Notes under the pieces: model-generated
What the model was told of the DNA's origin: nothing
Seen by the model: only the letters and a program-made list of their open reading frames with translations
Database searches by the model: none
Program-made: the position numbers and the translations under genes
Assembly (NCBI GenBank): GCA_946965045.2
Contig: OX337232.1
Span: 2,666,001 to 2,730,000 of the forward strand
Length of the DNA stretch: 64,000 bases
From: Epithemia pelagica
Taxonomy: Eukaryota > Protista > Bacillariophyta
Reading direction: 5' to 3'
In this document: positions 10,897-23,664 of the stretch, in pieces
Layout of the letters: every line of letters starts with the position of its first letter
Numbering within the stretch: the first letter of the stretch is position 1

Positions 10897-13800
10897 ATGG
10901 ATCCTCAATCACCCAAGACACCTACGACTCCTAAGGGAGAAGATAACCAAGACAATGTCTCGAACACAGACCTATTCGACCACATCATATTTACTGTCTG
11001 CCAATTCTTTACCAAGTAAAGGGCCGACTACTTAATGAAGTGGATGAAATACCATGGTTTTGAGAACATTACCCATGTTATCTCGTATATGCAAACTAAT
11101 ACCGAGGAATCCATGAACGAACTGACACAATACAAGGTCAACAAACAGACACATGATCTACAAGGCCCCACAAGACAGCAGATCAAGCTCTTGGCTTATT
11201 GGGCCATATACAAGACCAATGAAATTCAAGACGAGCTATCCAATAGCGACTGGATGAACCTAACGAGGAAAGAGTTCAACACTTGGAGGATCAACACAGA
11301 TTTCTCTAAGGGACCACCTAGCCAAGTTCCAGTCTCGCCAATGAAGTCACCGTCATCTGTGAAATCTGTCAGCACAGTTACTGCCGCATCCCAATCTCAA
11401 CAAGACCTTACAGCATTCAGAAAGGGAACTAAGCGCGACGCAACTGCATATGAGGTATTCAAGGATGAACGATACTACGATTCATTCTGGCGTGTATTCA
11501 AGACTACAGCTAAGGCTCAAGGCCTATCCAACGTTCTGAATTTCAAATACACACCACCCCATGATGATGAGTATGCCGAAGAACTTTTTCAAGAGCAACA
11601 AGTATTTCTTTACTCCGTTCTTGTCCGTATCATTCAGACTGACCAAGGTCAAGCCTATGTACGTGAACATGAACATGATGAAGATGCGCGTGCCGTATTG
11701 CAGAAGTTACACTCTTTGCATACCGAATCCGACCTAGCAAAACGAAAAGTCCTCCGTTTAACCAACTACATTTCCAATCTACGTCTTGACGACACATGGC
11801 GCGGAACAACACGTCAATTTCTTCTACACTTTCAAGAGCAGCTACGTTTGCGAGACAATCTAGTGACATTGTCTGATCGCATCCCTGATCATACCAGGAT
11901 GACCTTCCTCATGCAAGCTGTAGAAAAGGTACCTGATCTCCGCCGAGTCAAGATCTTGGATAATGTGGTGAACACCAAATCCGGTGCAAAATCCCTTTGC
12001 TATCAATCATACTTCCGTCTCCTTCTAGACGCAGCTTATGACCATGATCAAGCAACCCAGTCATCTGTTCATAGTCGCCGTCGACATGTCAAACAACATG
12101 AATCACTATATGGCCAAGATACAGATGCTGACACAACCTCACAAGATGATATGGAGTATCATGTCCACAACACCAAAGTGACATCTGAATCTCCATCCTC
12201 TTCGTCCAAGGTTAGTCTACCGCGTGACCTATGGTTCAAACTTTCTGAAGAAGATCGCAAGTTGATCATTGAGTATAACAAGATGATTCAAGCACCTTCA
12301 TCAACAACACCGAGGAAAGTGCAAACACATGCCCTCGACATTGATCCGGAACCTGATCCTGACCCCAACCAAGTTGCATCTGATGACGACCCACCTGGCG
12401 TAGTCCCTGAGCATCCAGATGATTCAGATCCGGTTACACAATTTATCAACCAAGCCATGACGACTGATATCAATCACCCGGCAACTGACCTGACTAGTGT
12501 TCTTTCTAACGCCAAGTCCAAGACGAGCAAGAAGGTTACTTTCAAAGCCAACATGCATAAACAAGCAGGACATGTTCCACGCTATTTGTTTTCCAGGAAA
12601 TCTACTTTACCAGGAAATCAATTGATTGACCGTGGTGCTAATGGAGGACTTGCTGGTTCTGACATGCGCATCCTTTCTAAGACTGGCCGCCATATCACTA
12701 TTGTGGGTATTGATAACCATGAACTTACTGGACTTCCTGTCGTCACATGTGCCGCAAAGTTTGAGACCAATGATGGACCTATTGTCGGCATCTTCAATGA
12801 ATATGCTTATTATGGAAAGGGCTTATCTATCCATGCTCCTGGTCAATTCGAGCATTTCGGACTTGCTGTTGATGAACGATCTGTTAAAGTTGATGGTAAA
12901 CAACGCATCACTACACTTGATGGTCGTGCTATACCCCTTCACATCAAGGATGGGTTAGCCTACATCCACTCCTTGGGTATCCCCAGCGACGATGACATGA
13001 ATACCTTACCTCAGATCATCTTCACGTCACCCGACACATGGGATCCTGGTGTTCTGGACCATTCGTATTCTCCCACACCCTCTGACAATGATCCTGATTG
13101 GAAATACGTCAAGACTGATGGTAGTATGTCGAACCATCCATATGACAACTATGGGGAGTACACTGATCGTGTTGTTTGTAACCTCAATCTCCTTTTGGAT
13201 CTCCCATACGATCATGGACCTGACGACGCACCCTTCTTTTCTATCTATGCTGACGCAGAAGGTAATGATCCTACACTTCATGCCTCTGTCCACCGTCGTT
13301 ACCAGGAAGCGTATGACTGGAAGAAGTTCCGTCCATTCTTTGGTTGGCAATCTGAAGATGTTATTGCCGATACGTTCAAGCACACTACACGTAATGGTAG
13401 CATTACTTTTGACCACGACACCCTCAAGAAACATTTCAAGGCTCGCAATCCGGTCCTTAATATACCTTGACGTCATGAACCCGTTGCTACTGACTCGGTT
13501 TTCTCCGACACCCCTGCTGTTGACCATGGCGGTAAAGTCGCACAAATCTTTGTTGGTCGAGATACTCTGGTTACTGATATCTATGGGATCAAGTCAACCA
13601 AACAGTTTGTCAATACTCTTCAGGACAACATCCGGTTTTGTGGTGCCATGGAGACTCTTATTAGTGATGGTGGTTCATCTCTCATCTCTCAAAAGGTCAA
13701 AGACATTCTTCGCACTTTGCTTATTGGGGAGTATCGATCCGAACCTTATCATCAACACCAGAATAAGGCTGAAAACCGTTACCAGACCGTCAAACGTATG

Positions 13801-16584
13801 ACCAACGCTCTCATGAATGCCACTGGTTGCCCTGCCAACACCTGGCTTCTTTGCCTTGAGTATGTCTGTGACTTATTGAACCATACATCATCACCCACCC
13901 ATTCCGGTCGCACTCCTCTTGAGGCTCTCTCCGGACGCCCACCCGACATTACTCATCTCTTGTTCTTTCCTTTCTGGGATGAGGTTTACTACCGTGTCGA
14001 CCCCGCTGAACCCAATTCTGGTTCATATCCATCTTCTTCTGATGAGAAACTTGGCCACTGGGTTGGTTTTGCTCACAACGTTGGTGATTCTTTTACTTGG
14101 AAGATTCTCACCCAGGATAACCAGATAATCTACCGTTCTGCCGTTCGCCGTGTTGAATCCACTACACCTAACCTACGTGTGGATCGACCTTCAGGGGAGG
14201 ATTCGTCTGAGAAGGATGACAATGATAAGCAAGCTGACACTGTCTTCATTCGCAGTGATAGTGAAGATCCATCCAAACCAATGCCCACGATCGATTTTGA
14301 CGACATGATAGGACGCACATTCCTATGCGACACAGAAGAAAATGGGGAGCAACACCGTGCACGTGTCATCAAACGAGTCATTGATCTTAATGAAGAAGCA
14401 ACGAAACAGGAAGAACGTGTCAAGTACATCTACCGAAAGACAAATTCTGATGCTGATGAGATGATATCCTATAATCAACTCATGGAGTATATCGAACGAG
14501 ATAACCAAGCTCAAACCTCTGGAGATAATCTTTTCAGGTTCAGGGACGTCATTGCCCATCAAGGCCCACTGAACACAACTGATCCAGATTACAAGGGGAG
14601 CAAATATAATTTGCTTGTTGATTGGGAAACTGGGGAGACTACCTATGAACCTTTATCACTCATCGCCAATGATGATCCGATCACTGTAGCAATTTATGGA
14701 AAGAAACATGGTTTGCTCAACGAACCTGGATGGAAGCATTTGAAACGTTATGTCAAAACAAGCAAACGTCTCATTCGAGCAGCCAAACAGTCAAGGATTA
14801 AACAAGTTCACCATTCCGTCAAGTATAAGTTTGGATTCCAAGTACCACGCAATTATGAGGAAGCTGTCGCTCTTGATAAACAACATGGCAACACAAAGTG
14901 GCAGGATGCAACTGAATTAGAATTGTCACAGATCCAGTCCTACAAGACATTCAAGGATTTTGGGAAAGCCATCTTCATTAAAGGGAAAGTATCCAATGCA
15001 CCTGAAGGATATCATAAGATACGTGTACATCTTGTCTTTGACGTAAAACATGATGGACGACATAAAGCAAGACTTGTCGCAGATGGACATCTCACAAAAG
15101 AACCTGTTGAGACAATCTATTCAGGTGTTGTTTCCATTCGCAACCTCCGCATTGCCTTATTCCTGGGTACTTTGAATGACTTGGAAATATGGGGAGCAGA
15201 TATTGGAAACGCATATCTGGAAGCCTTGACAGGGGAGAAAATCTTCATCGTCGCAGGACCTGAATTCAAGGAATTAGAAGGTCACATCCTGATTATATAC
15301 AAGGCACTTTATGGATTGAAGTCATCAGGCGCACGCTGGCATGATGTCTTATTCGATGTTTTGACAGACATGGGATTTTCACCAAGCAAAGCAGATCCGG
15401 ATATCTGGATGAGGAAAGCACCTGGAGAAGACTGTTACGAATACATTGCCGTATACGTTGATGACTTAGCCATTATTTCTACTGATCCTGGGAATATCTG
15501 CAAGATCCTGAAGGAGAAATACAACTTCAAACTCAAAGGAGATGGACCTATTGATTTCCACTTGGGATGTTGTTACACCAAGGATTCTGATGGAACATTA
15601 GTAGCAGATCCAAGACGCTACATTGGTAAGATGATGGACACTTTTGAACGAATCTTCAAGGAGAAACCCAAGAAAGCCAAAACACCTCTTATTGGTGGAG
15701 ACCATCCTGAATTGGATGATTCTGAGCTCCTTGATGAAGAAGGTACTAGCCATTTCCAAACTCTGATTGGACAAATCCAATGGGTGATCACTATTGGTCG
15801 TTTCGACGTCTTCACCGCTACAATGACGCTATCACGCTTTCGTGCTGCTCCGAGGAAAGGACATCTTGATAGAGCCAAGCGTATCTATGGATACCTTGCA
15901 CATCTCCCAGAAGGCGCAATCAGATTTAGGATTGGAGAGCCTGATTATTCAAGTCTTCCTACCCAAGAATTTGATTGGACTCGCACTATCTATTCGAATG
16001 CAAGTGAACGTATTCCTGAAGACTGCCCAACACCTCTTGGCCGCTATGTTACCACAACTCATTATGTTGATGCCAATCTCATGCATGACATAGTCACTGG
16101 TAAATCCGTCACTGCTGTTCTACATTTGTTGAACGGAACACCTATTGACTGGTACAGCAAGAGGCAGAGCACGGTGGAAACTGCTACCTATGGATCCGAG
16201 TTTGTGGCTGCAAGGACAGCAATAGATCAGATTACAGAATTACGACATTCTCTCCGCTACCTTGGAGTACCTATCCGAGAGCGAAGTTACATGTACGGAG
16301 ATAACAGATCTGTTGTGCTCAATGCAACCGTTCCTCATTCCATACTATCCAAGAGACACCATCTTCTGTCATACCACCGAGTTCCTGAAGCCATCGCAGC
16401 AAAGTATGTTGCATTCTACTGGAAAGATGGAAAGACCAACCCTGCCGATATCCTTAGCAAACATTGGGATTTCGTATCTATTTGGCCCATGCTCAAGCCA
16501 TTGTTGTTTTGGAAAGGAGAAGTTCAAGACCTCAACAAATCCAATGATGACAAGGCTGAAACGACGAGTTGTGGGGAGTGTTAG
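10897..16584 (+). pseudogene. gag-pol: Copia C single-frame gag-pol with two nonsense codons
   Basis: ATG at 10897 is in frame with ORFs 11035-13470 and 13648-16584. Stops are TAA at 11017 and TGA at 13468 (NIP*RHEPVATD). PR IDRGANGG, IN HQNKAE, RT YVDD, RH YVDANL. Confidence 0.9.
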
Positions 16585-17362
16585 AATTCTCACCGTCTAT
16601 GGTGGTTAGATTCTACATCTCATCGATTCCCCATGTCACATAGCCTCGTGCTATCGCATCATGCCATCTAGCTTCGAGCTATGTTCCCTAGCTTCGCGCT
16701 ATATCGACCTATATTTCTTCGCAAATCATGAAAAGTGAGAATAGATTGACGAACTCACTCTCAAGACTAAACTGGGTCGTGCGGTATTACAACGGACTTA
16801 AATTTGGCCGTTGCTCGGACATTATACTAACGCCCTAAGCGTACGCGCCCGAAATCATCGAGCGCGCCCAAGCGACATCCGAGCGCTGTCGGCATCTATC
16901 CGACCCAACGGTCTAAGTATCCCAAGCACGACACACGATCACGCGAGACCATATTTCCATTCCCACAATCTCCAAATTGTCAACAAGCTGCGCGCCATGA
17001 AAACAACTATGCCAATCCAAAGCAAGAGCTGTTGACCCTGTATATGTTATCCGTCCACATATACATGTCATATACATCACATGAATCGACTCCAACTATT
17101 CCAAACCTGTTGCCGCCAAGTACCTATGACACATGACCCTTGGCAGGACCGAACATTTCACGTAGACCTATCGTAGTAATCAACACACAATCTAACAATA
17201 TCACCATTTATCACATCCTCTTTTGTGTCCCGACTATCCTTTTGATAGACTACGACTTGCTTTCCTCTCTTACCCGTGGAGAGGTTTGTATCGGTTGGTG
17301 ACTACCTGATTGTCTGCTCTACCGAGCATCAATGTCCCTACGATTCAGAAAGAATTGTAACA
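16579..17362 (+). repeat. 3' LTR of copia C
   Basis: Near-identical copy of 8986-9769, followed by the TSD TATCC. Confidence 0.96.
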
Positions 17363-18140
17363 TATCCATCACCCATCATGAGGTAACGATACCGTTTAAC
17401 ACGGACGGCACCATTATTTATTGCGACACAAGGACGCCGACACAAAAAGAACTTGAAGCATTGCCCCATATCCACCTGTCGTCGCCACATGACTGGGACC
17501 CACACGATATCAAGTTTCCCTGCGTAGATCATGATGGCGATCGTGAAGATTCCGTTATCAGGACTGACTTTCCATTCCAGGGGACTGTCTTCGACCAAGA
17601 GGAAGTTACAAAACGTATCGTCGCCTCCGTGCAGATTGATGAGGCCGGATTGCAGCCAGAATTCTTTCCTCGCACTGATATTCCAGCCGAAAGAACATTC
17701 ATTTCCAAAGAGAGACGTGGTACCGTCACTGCACAGTCGTTGAGTGAACGTTGGTTTATCGGTCTGTCACAAGCCAAAAAGACTTTGGCTTCGACCACAC
17801 AACGAATGATACGGTCAGCAATATTGCCCATGGCAAGAAGATATCGTGCAGACCGCATGTTCGAACGACCTAGAATCAAGGGGGTGGTATACACAGATAC
17901 CATGGACGGTCAATATAAATCTCTGGACGGTAACGGGCATGCACAGGTATTTGCAAATAAAGATTTCTTTGCGGTTGCATACCCCATCGAGAAGAAAAGT
18001 GGAGCAGGAGACGCTCTCAAACAATTCATTAGTGATTACGGGGTCCCGGATACAATCCTGTGTGACGGATTGAAAGAACAGACGGGTAAACGGACGACGT
18101 TCCGCGAGTTAGTCCGCAAGCATGCCATTGATTTGCAAGT

Positions 18141-18608
18141 GGGCCTCTACTGTATGTCATAAACTTAATCCAATGCAAAACTTAGAAATAATTCCAAAAA
18201 GTAGAGCTTAAGTATAAGATCACGACTGCTACTGAATGTCTTAGACGCAAAATGACAAGCTGTGAATCACACGCCAGCATATTTATACAATATACAAGAA
18301 TAAATATGTTAATTAGTTTTTCGCGCCGTATCCCCCACAGACCCCCAGACACTTCTCTAAATAACAAAGAAGGTTGTTTAAATAATAATGTCACGGGGAT
18401 GGCATACGATTTAGAATATTCATGTCTTTATATTTATAAGCTTTTTGATTTCAGAATAAGTTTACGACGAAAGTTCATGAGCCGGGGCCTACCCCCGGAC
18501 AAATTTCGTCTCAGATTTATCTCAAATCTAAAATACTCAGGTTATGGGCTCAAATTTAAGAGCCGGTTGGGATTGAGATTTGGGGGTTACGACATACAGT
18601 AGAGTTCC
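18141..18608. mobile_element. 468-bp MITE, PIF/Harbinger-like, inserted in the copia B integrase
   Basis: 18-bp TIRs GGGCCTCTACTGTATGTC / GGAACTCTACTGTATGTC with 2 mismatches, 3-bp TSD AGT (18138-18140 and 18609-18611), AT-rich non-coding interior. Removal restores the codons LQVTEP. Confidence 0.9.
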
Positions 18609-21569
18609 AGTGACTGAACCTTATCGGCACAATCAATCTAAGGTTGAAGGTGTGATTCGTGAAATCCGTAAGCGTTGGTTCCGAGTCATGCACAAACAGC
18701 GGGTTCCCCGAAGACTTTGGGACCACGGGATTCGTTGGGTCTGCGAGACCATGCAGAGGACTGCACGCATGTCAGGGGACCTGGACGGGCGTACGAGTCT
18801 AGAACGTCTGACCGGTGAGACACCCGACATATCTGAGTACCTCGATTTTACCTTCTACGATTGGTGTTGGTACAACGACAACGCCGGCCTTGGCACGACA
18901 AGACTCGGCCGATGGCTAGGTGTAGCCCATAGAGTGGGTAGCTTGATGTCCTACTGGATACTGACAGAGCAAGGCCGGGTAGTCTCCCGAACTACCGTCA
19001 CTAGAGTTACTACCCTTGAACAACAAGAAGCAAGTACAGTTCGTCATTGCAATAAGTTTGATCAAGGGATCAAGGAGAAACTGCACGATTCCGCCCATTT
19101 CATTGTTGACGGCGGCAAAACCACACCGAATGACTGGGATCTCCCGCCTCTCGATCATGACCCGGACTTCCATGCTGAGTTCCATGAAGTTGTGTCCAAC
19201 GATGAGGTCAAGGAGGCCGATGCGGAGTTCACCCCGGAGGTCTTCAACGACACTTACGTGAACATGGAAGTGGCAATCCCGAAAGGGGACGAAACGCATC
19301 CCATGTTAGCACGAGTCACCAAAAGGCTACGAGATAAGGATGGTTTACCCATCGGCACGGCGCATGACAACCCGATACTAGACACCCGCATGTATGAAGT
19401 GGAGTATCAGGATGGGACCAAGGCAGCACTTGCAGCCAATCATATCGCCGAGAACTTGTTTTCCCAAATCGATGACGATGGTCATCGGCAAGTCCTGTTA
19501 GATGAGATTATCGATCATCGGACGAATGGGCAAGAAGTGAAGCAACAGGACGCCTTTGTCACGCTACGAAACGGCAACCAGCGCCGACGAGAGACCACGG
19601 TAGGCTGGGAATTGTTGGTTCAGTGGAAAGACGGGTCAACTAACTGGATTGCCTTGAAAGACATCAAGGAGTCGTACCCTGTGCAGGTGTCAGAATACGC
19701 TGTGGCATCCAAAATCTCCATGGAGCCTGCTTTCGCGTGGTGGGTTCCAAAGGTGCTGAAGAAGCGGAACCGCATCATCGCAAAGTTGAAATAAAAATAT
19801 TGGCTAAGAACCCATAAGTTTGGGATCAGGATACCCAAGTCCGTCGAGGAAGCCAAGGAGTTGGACAGAAAAAATGGCAACACCTTATGGTGGGATGCGA
19901 TCTGTAAAGAGATGCGGAATGTGCGACCAGGTTTTGAGATCTGGGAGAAATCTCAAGGGGACATGATCCCGATCGGTTATCAAGAAATTAAGTGCCATAT
20001 CGTCTTCGACGTCAAAATGGGAGAGAACTTCCGAAGAAAAGCGAGATTTGTGGCAGGGGGACATCTGACTGAGACGCCAACATCGTTGACGTACTCCTCA
20101 GTGGTATCCCGTGACTCCGTTCGAATTGCCCTCCTCATTGCAGCACTTAACGACCTAAACGTATCAGCATGCGACATCCAGAATGCCTATCTGACGGCGG
20201 ATTGTCGAGAGAAGATCTGGTTCAGGGCTGGACCTGAGCTTGGGTCCGAAGAAGGATCCATCATGATTATCAAGAAGGCTCTGTACGGGCTGAAGTCCAG
20301 CGGTGCGGCATTTTGGGCCCACCTAGCTGAAATGCTTTATGACATAGGCTTCAAGCCGTCTAAAGTAGACCCTGACTTCTGGATGAGACCAGCTGTGAAA
20401 CCAGATGGGTTTAAGTATTACGAATACTTCTTATGTTATGTGGACGATCTACTGGCCATCTCACACGACTCGAAGCGAGTGTTGCAAGGTGTCCAGGCCG
20501 TATTCAAGTTGAAAGATGATAAGATACAGCCACCGGATATGTATCTTGGTGCTCAGCTTGGAGAAATGGATATCGACGGTGAAAATGGATGGTACATCTC
20601 CTCGGAGAAGTATGTCAAGGCCGCTTTGGAGAATATTGAGAAGCAGTTAGCAGAGAACGGGCAGAGACTACCCACCAAGTGCAAGACGCCCTTCACTTAT
20701 GGGTATCGTCCAGAGAATGATACAAGTCCAGAGCTCAAAGCCGACGGGATTCAAAAGTTTCAGGAACTGATCGGCATATTGCGTTGGGCAGTAGAGCTGG
20801 GACGTGTCAATATACTGCTCGAGACCTCCATGTTATCGACACACCTATCCATGCCACGAGAGGGGCATTTGCAACAGGCGTATGCAATGTTCGGGTACTT
20901 GAAAGCTAATCCAAAGCGCAGATTGTTCTTTGACCCAAGCCATCCGGATATCGATGAGCGATCATTTGCGGAATACGACTGGTATGACTTTTATCGCGAT
21001 GCGAAGGAGCCTATTCCACCTGACATGCCAGAACCGCGTGGGCATTCAGTATCAACCCATTGTTTCGTGGATGCGGATCATGCGAGCAACAAAGTCACTC
21101 GCAGGTCGCAAACTGGTTTATTGATGTTTGTAAATCGAGCACCGATCATCTGGTATAGCAAACGGCAGAATACCGTCGAAACCAGTACGTTCGGGAGTGA
21201 ATTCATAGCGATGCGGACAGCCGTGGAGCACATCGAAGGGTTGCGATACAAGTTGAGAATGTTTGGTATTCCGATCGAGGGACCAACGAATGTCTTTTGC
21301 GACAACGAGGCAGTCTTCAAGAACGCATCGATTCCAGATTCGACATTAAAGAAAAAGCATACATCAATTTGTTACCACAGGGCCAGAGAGGCCGTGGCAG
21401 CGAGGACCATGAGAGTGGCCAAGGAAGGAACGACAACGAACTTGTCAGACTTATTCACAAAGCCGTTGCCGGATGAAAGAAGGAATTTCTTGTTGAATCG
21501 GTTCACTTACTGAGTGACATCGGGGCGAAGTTATGAGAATGCAGATGCCATATCTTCGAGGGGACCGAA

Positions 21570-22245
21570 TGAAATCCACCGTGGCACGTGTGCGGCAGTT
21601 AGATGGTGCGGCCGGCGCCTATTGGCGGGCCTGAGTGTGCACTTTTTAGCGATAACCTTTAACCTACCGTAAATGTTGGGTCTATTGCACCATTGCTTTA
21701 TTGCACCAAACGCATGATTTAACTGCTAAAGGAGCCTGTCTGCCAGAAATTCGCCCGCCCTTCCCTCCAACAGAGCCCCACTTGCTCTAAGAGGTATATA
21801 AAGAAGAAATCATAGTTGTAGTGGAGAGCGTGGGGGGAGAGACCATGCCAAAAATCCTTATCTTTCACGAACTGACTGCATACATTTCGACCTTATATAA
21901 CATTAGAAGGGTAGGTCCGATCTTAATGAAACGCAGTGATTCGGAAAGCGCGTGACGAGCTCTTTAAAATGATGGTCTCACCATCGGTCAATTCAATAGT
22001 GTTCTTGAGTTATTCTTTCAAGCAATTTCTGGAATTATTTTATTATAGATTCAAAAAATTAACCACCAATCCGTTGAGGCCTACTACTTGGGCCTATAGT
22101 AAAAAGCATCCGGTCAATCAACGGATGGTGCAATAGACCCAACATTTACGGTAGAACCTTGGCCTTAGCGGTCACTCTTTTGCATGACATCCTGAGTTGC
22201 ACCCTAACCTGTGAGTTTACCGTGTTGTACGGCGTGTGTTATTCG
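21570..22245 (+). repeat. 3' LTR of copia B, interrupted by a MITE
   Basis: Matches the 5' LTR on both sides of the 21667-22151 insertion. Homology ends at ATTCG (22245). Confidence 0.85.
21667..22151. mobile_element. 485-bp MITE, Tc1/mariner(pogo)-like
   Basis: Perfect 27-bp TIRs CCGTAAATGTTGGGTCTATTGCACCAT and TA duplication (21665-66 and 22152-53). The empty site is visible in the 5' LTR (...CCTAGAACC...). Confidence 0.93.
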
Positions 22246-22658
22246 CTTTGGAACACCGAGAAATTGCGTTTTGCGTTCTGGGTCGAGAATTGGATGGCAA
22301 ATGGCAAACCAAAATCCCAAATCATCCAACCCACCGTGATGTGGAACCAAACTGCTAAGCTAGCTAGAATAAGATAATAGAAACTATCAAGATTACGATT
22401 GAGTGTGATCCATGTTCATTGATTTAGGGCAATGTTATTCTTTATCTACGTAGCTAATTGTGATCGGTGTGCATCATCAATCCTCAGGGACACCCGCTAT
22501 ATTTGTAACCATGACCCCACTGGGCTTATTTCTGATTGGTTGAGATGACTGTACCCGATTTTTGTACACTATCAAAAGAGGAACCGGCACGTGTCTAAAA
22601 AATTACTTAAATGTACCAATTATTGAACTTCGGGAAGCCTTGCGCTGAGCTCGCCAAA

Positions 22659-22855
22659 TGTATCGGATTCTGTATCGATGCACATACAACTGTATCCAGT
22701 CGTGTATCGGGGTTGTATCTAGTTGTATCGGGGGGCTTAGGTACTGTATCGATACAACGGATTTGTAACCGTATTTGTATCGGGGGACTCGAGTCCTCTG
22801 TATCGGGTCTTCCGAATTTGTTGCGATTTGTATCGGCCTGATGTATCGGGTTGAC
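22659..22855 (+). repeat. Left subterminal array of TGTATCGG-type motifs
   Basis: About 10 dispersed copies of TGTATCG(G) within about 200 bp near the left TIR. Confidence 0.85.
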
Positions 22856-22862
22856 GGTCACC

Positions 22863-22943
22863 ATGGAATAAACAGGCGACTTTTGAAATGAGAGCGATAC
22901 AAGATGGAATAAACAGGCGACTTTTGAAATGAGAGCGATACAA
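22863..22943 (+). repeat. 41-bp tandem duplication
   Basis: ATGGAATAAACAGGCGACTTTTGAAATGAGAGCGATACAA at 22863 and again at 22904. Confidence 0.9.
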
Positions 22944-23075
22944 TGATAAAGCGATGGATCAAGCAATCGAAGAATTGGTTCCTGCCAAACTCGCCAATGA
23001 AATTGCTTGCGACAACAGCAACACAACAATCAGACTCATTTTTCAAGACGAAAGCAAGAAGAAGAAGTCGCAATC

Positions 23076-23522
23076 ATGGCCGAGAAGAAGAAACCGAAGG
23101 TTTACCCCGCCGACCGGAAGGGAGCCAAGATCCGGATTGTTGGTGGGACGTACCGTGGAAAGAGGGGCTTCCTCGACAAGAAGAAGGGCAGGACAGAGTT
23201 CTTTACCTACGTCATTATCGTCATCAAGCCGAACGAGGAGGAGATTGCAACACGGCTTCATCACGAATCGATCCGAGTCGGAGAGGAAGCACCACCGGCA
23301 AGCTATGAAGAGGCTGTTCTCCAGCAGCACTGTGACATTGAAGAGCTGCTACGCGACCTTACGAGGAGGCTGTCCCAGTGTGAGGGCATCTCCTCCGAAG
23401 GAGAAGCTGGCCATCGGATTGGGAACTTGTTCCTAAATTATTTGACGGTTGCTGTGCAACGTCAAAGTAACCTACGTGTGGACAAGGCTCGTTGGCGTCG
23501 TGTGCGCTATGGTCACGGTTAA
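23076..23522 (+). CDS. Harbinger ORF A, 148-aa protein with an N-terminal KOW-like motif
   Basis: KGAKIRIVGGTYRGKRGFL fits the KOW consensus (G-x-x-V-x-I-x-x-G-x-x-x-G-x-x-G). Helical C-terminus. ATG 23076 chosen within ORF 23007-23522. Confidence 0.72.
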   Translation: MAEKKKPKVYPADRKGAKIRIVGGTYRGKRGFLDKKKGRTEFFTYVIIVIKPNEEEIATRLHHESIRVGEEAPPASYEEAVLQQHCDIEELLRDLTRRLSQCEGISSEGEAGHRIGNLFLNYLTVAVQRQSNLRVDKARWRRVRYGHG

Positions 23523-23664
23523 TGCAACATCATGGTCAATGCAAATTCTCAACTAATATAGGATAAAGGAAGATTACTAACTACTCGTCAATGTAGAAAC
23601 TCTCATCATGTAAAAACTCATCATGTAAAAACTCATCATGTAAACACTCGTAGGAATTGGTGGC

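Larger units (their letters stand above)
8986..17362 (+). mobile_element. Ty1/copia LTR retrotransposon C, full length, nested in copia B pol
   Basis: 784-bp LTRs (TGTTAG...GTAACA), 5-bp TSD TATCC at 8981-8985 and 17363-17367, PPT GTGGGGAG at 16571-16578. Confidence 0.97.
8491..21513 (+). pseudogene. pol: Copia B pol, split into 8491-8985, 17363-18140 and 18612-21513
   Basis: PR motif EFDTHADT, integrase (EPYRHNQSKVEG), RT (YVDD) and RH (FVDADHA). In-frame stops at 8923 (TAA) and 19792 (TAA). The reading frame rejoins across both insertions (EAL-SITHH; LQV-TEPY). Confidence 0.9.
6622..22245 (+). mobile_element. Ty1/copia LTR retrotransposon B (outer element), interrupted by copia C and two MITEs
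   Basis: Matching LTRs start TGAAATCCACC at 6622 and 21570. Internal order is gag, PR, IN, RT, RH. PPT-like GAGGGGACCGAA precedes the 3' LTR. The TSD is not resolved. Confidence 0.92.

Noticed and set aside
6617-22260. TSD for copia B (TCGAA vs CCGAG)
   Set aside because: The candidates differ at 2 of 5 positions and the LTR 3' ends diverge after ATTCG, so the TSD and exact end are not supportable.
22607-23029. ORFs over the left TGTATCGG array
   Set aside because: Low-complexity translations of the subterminal repeats.
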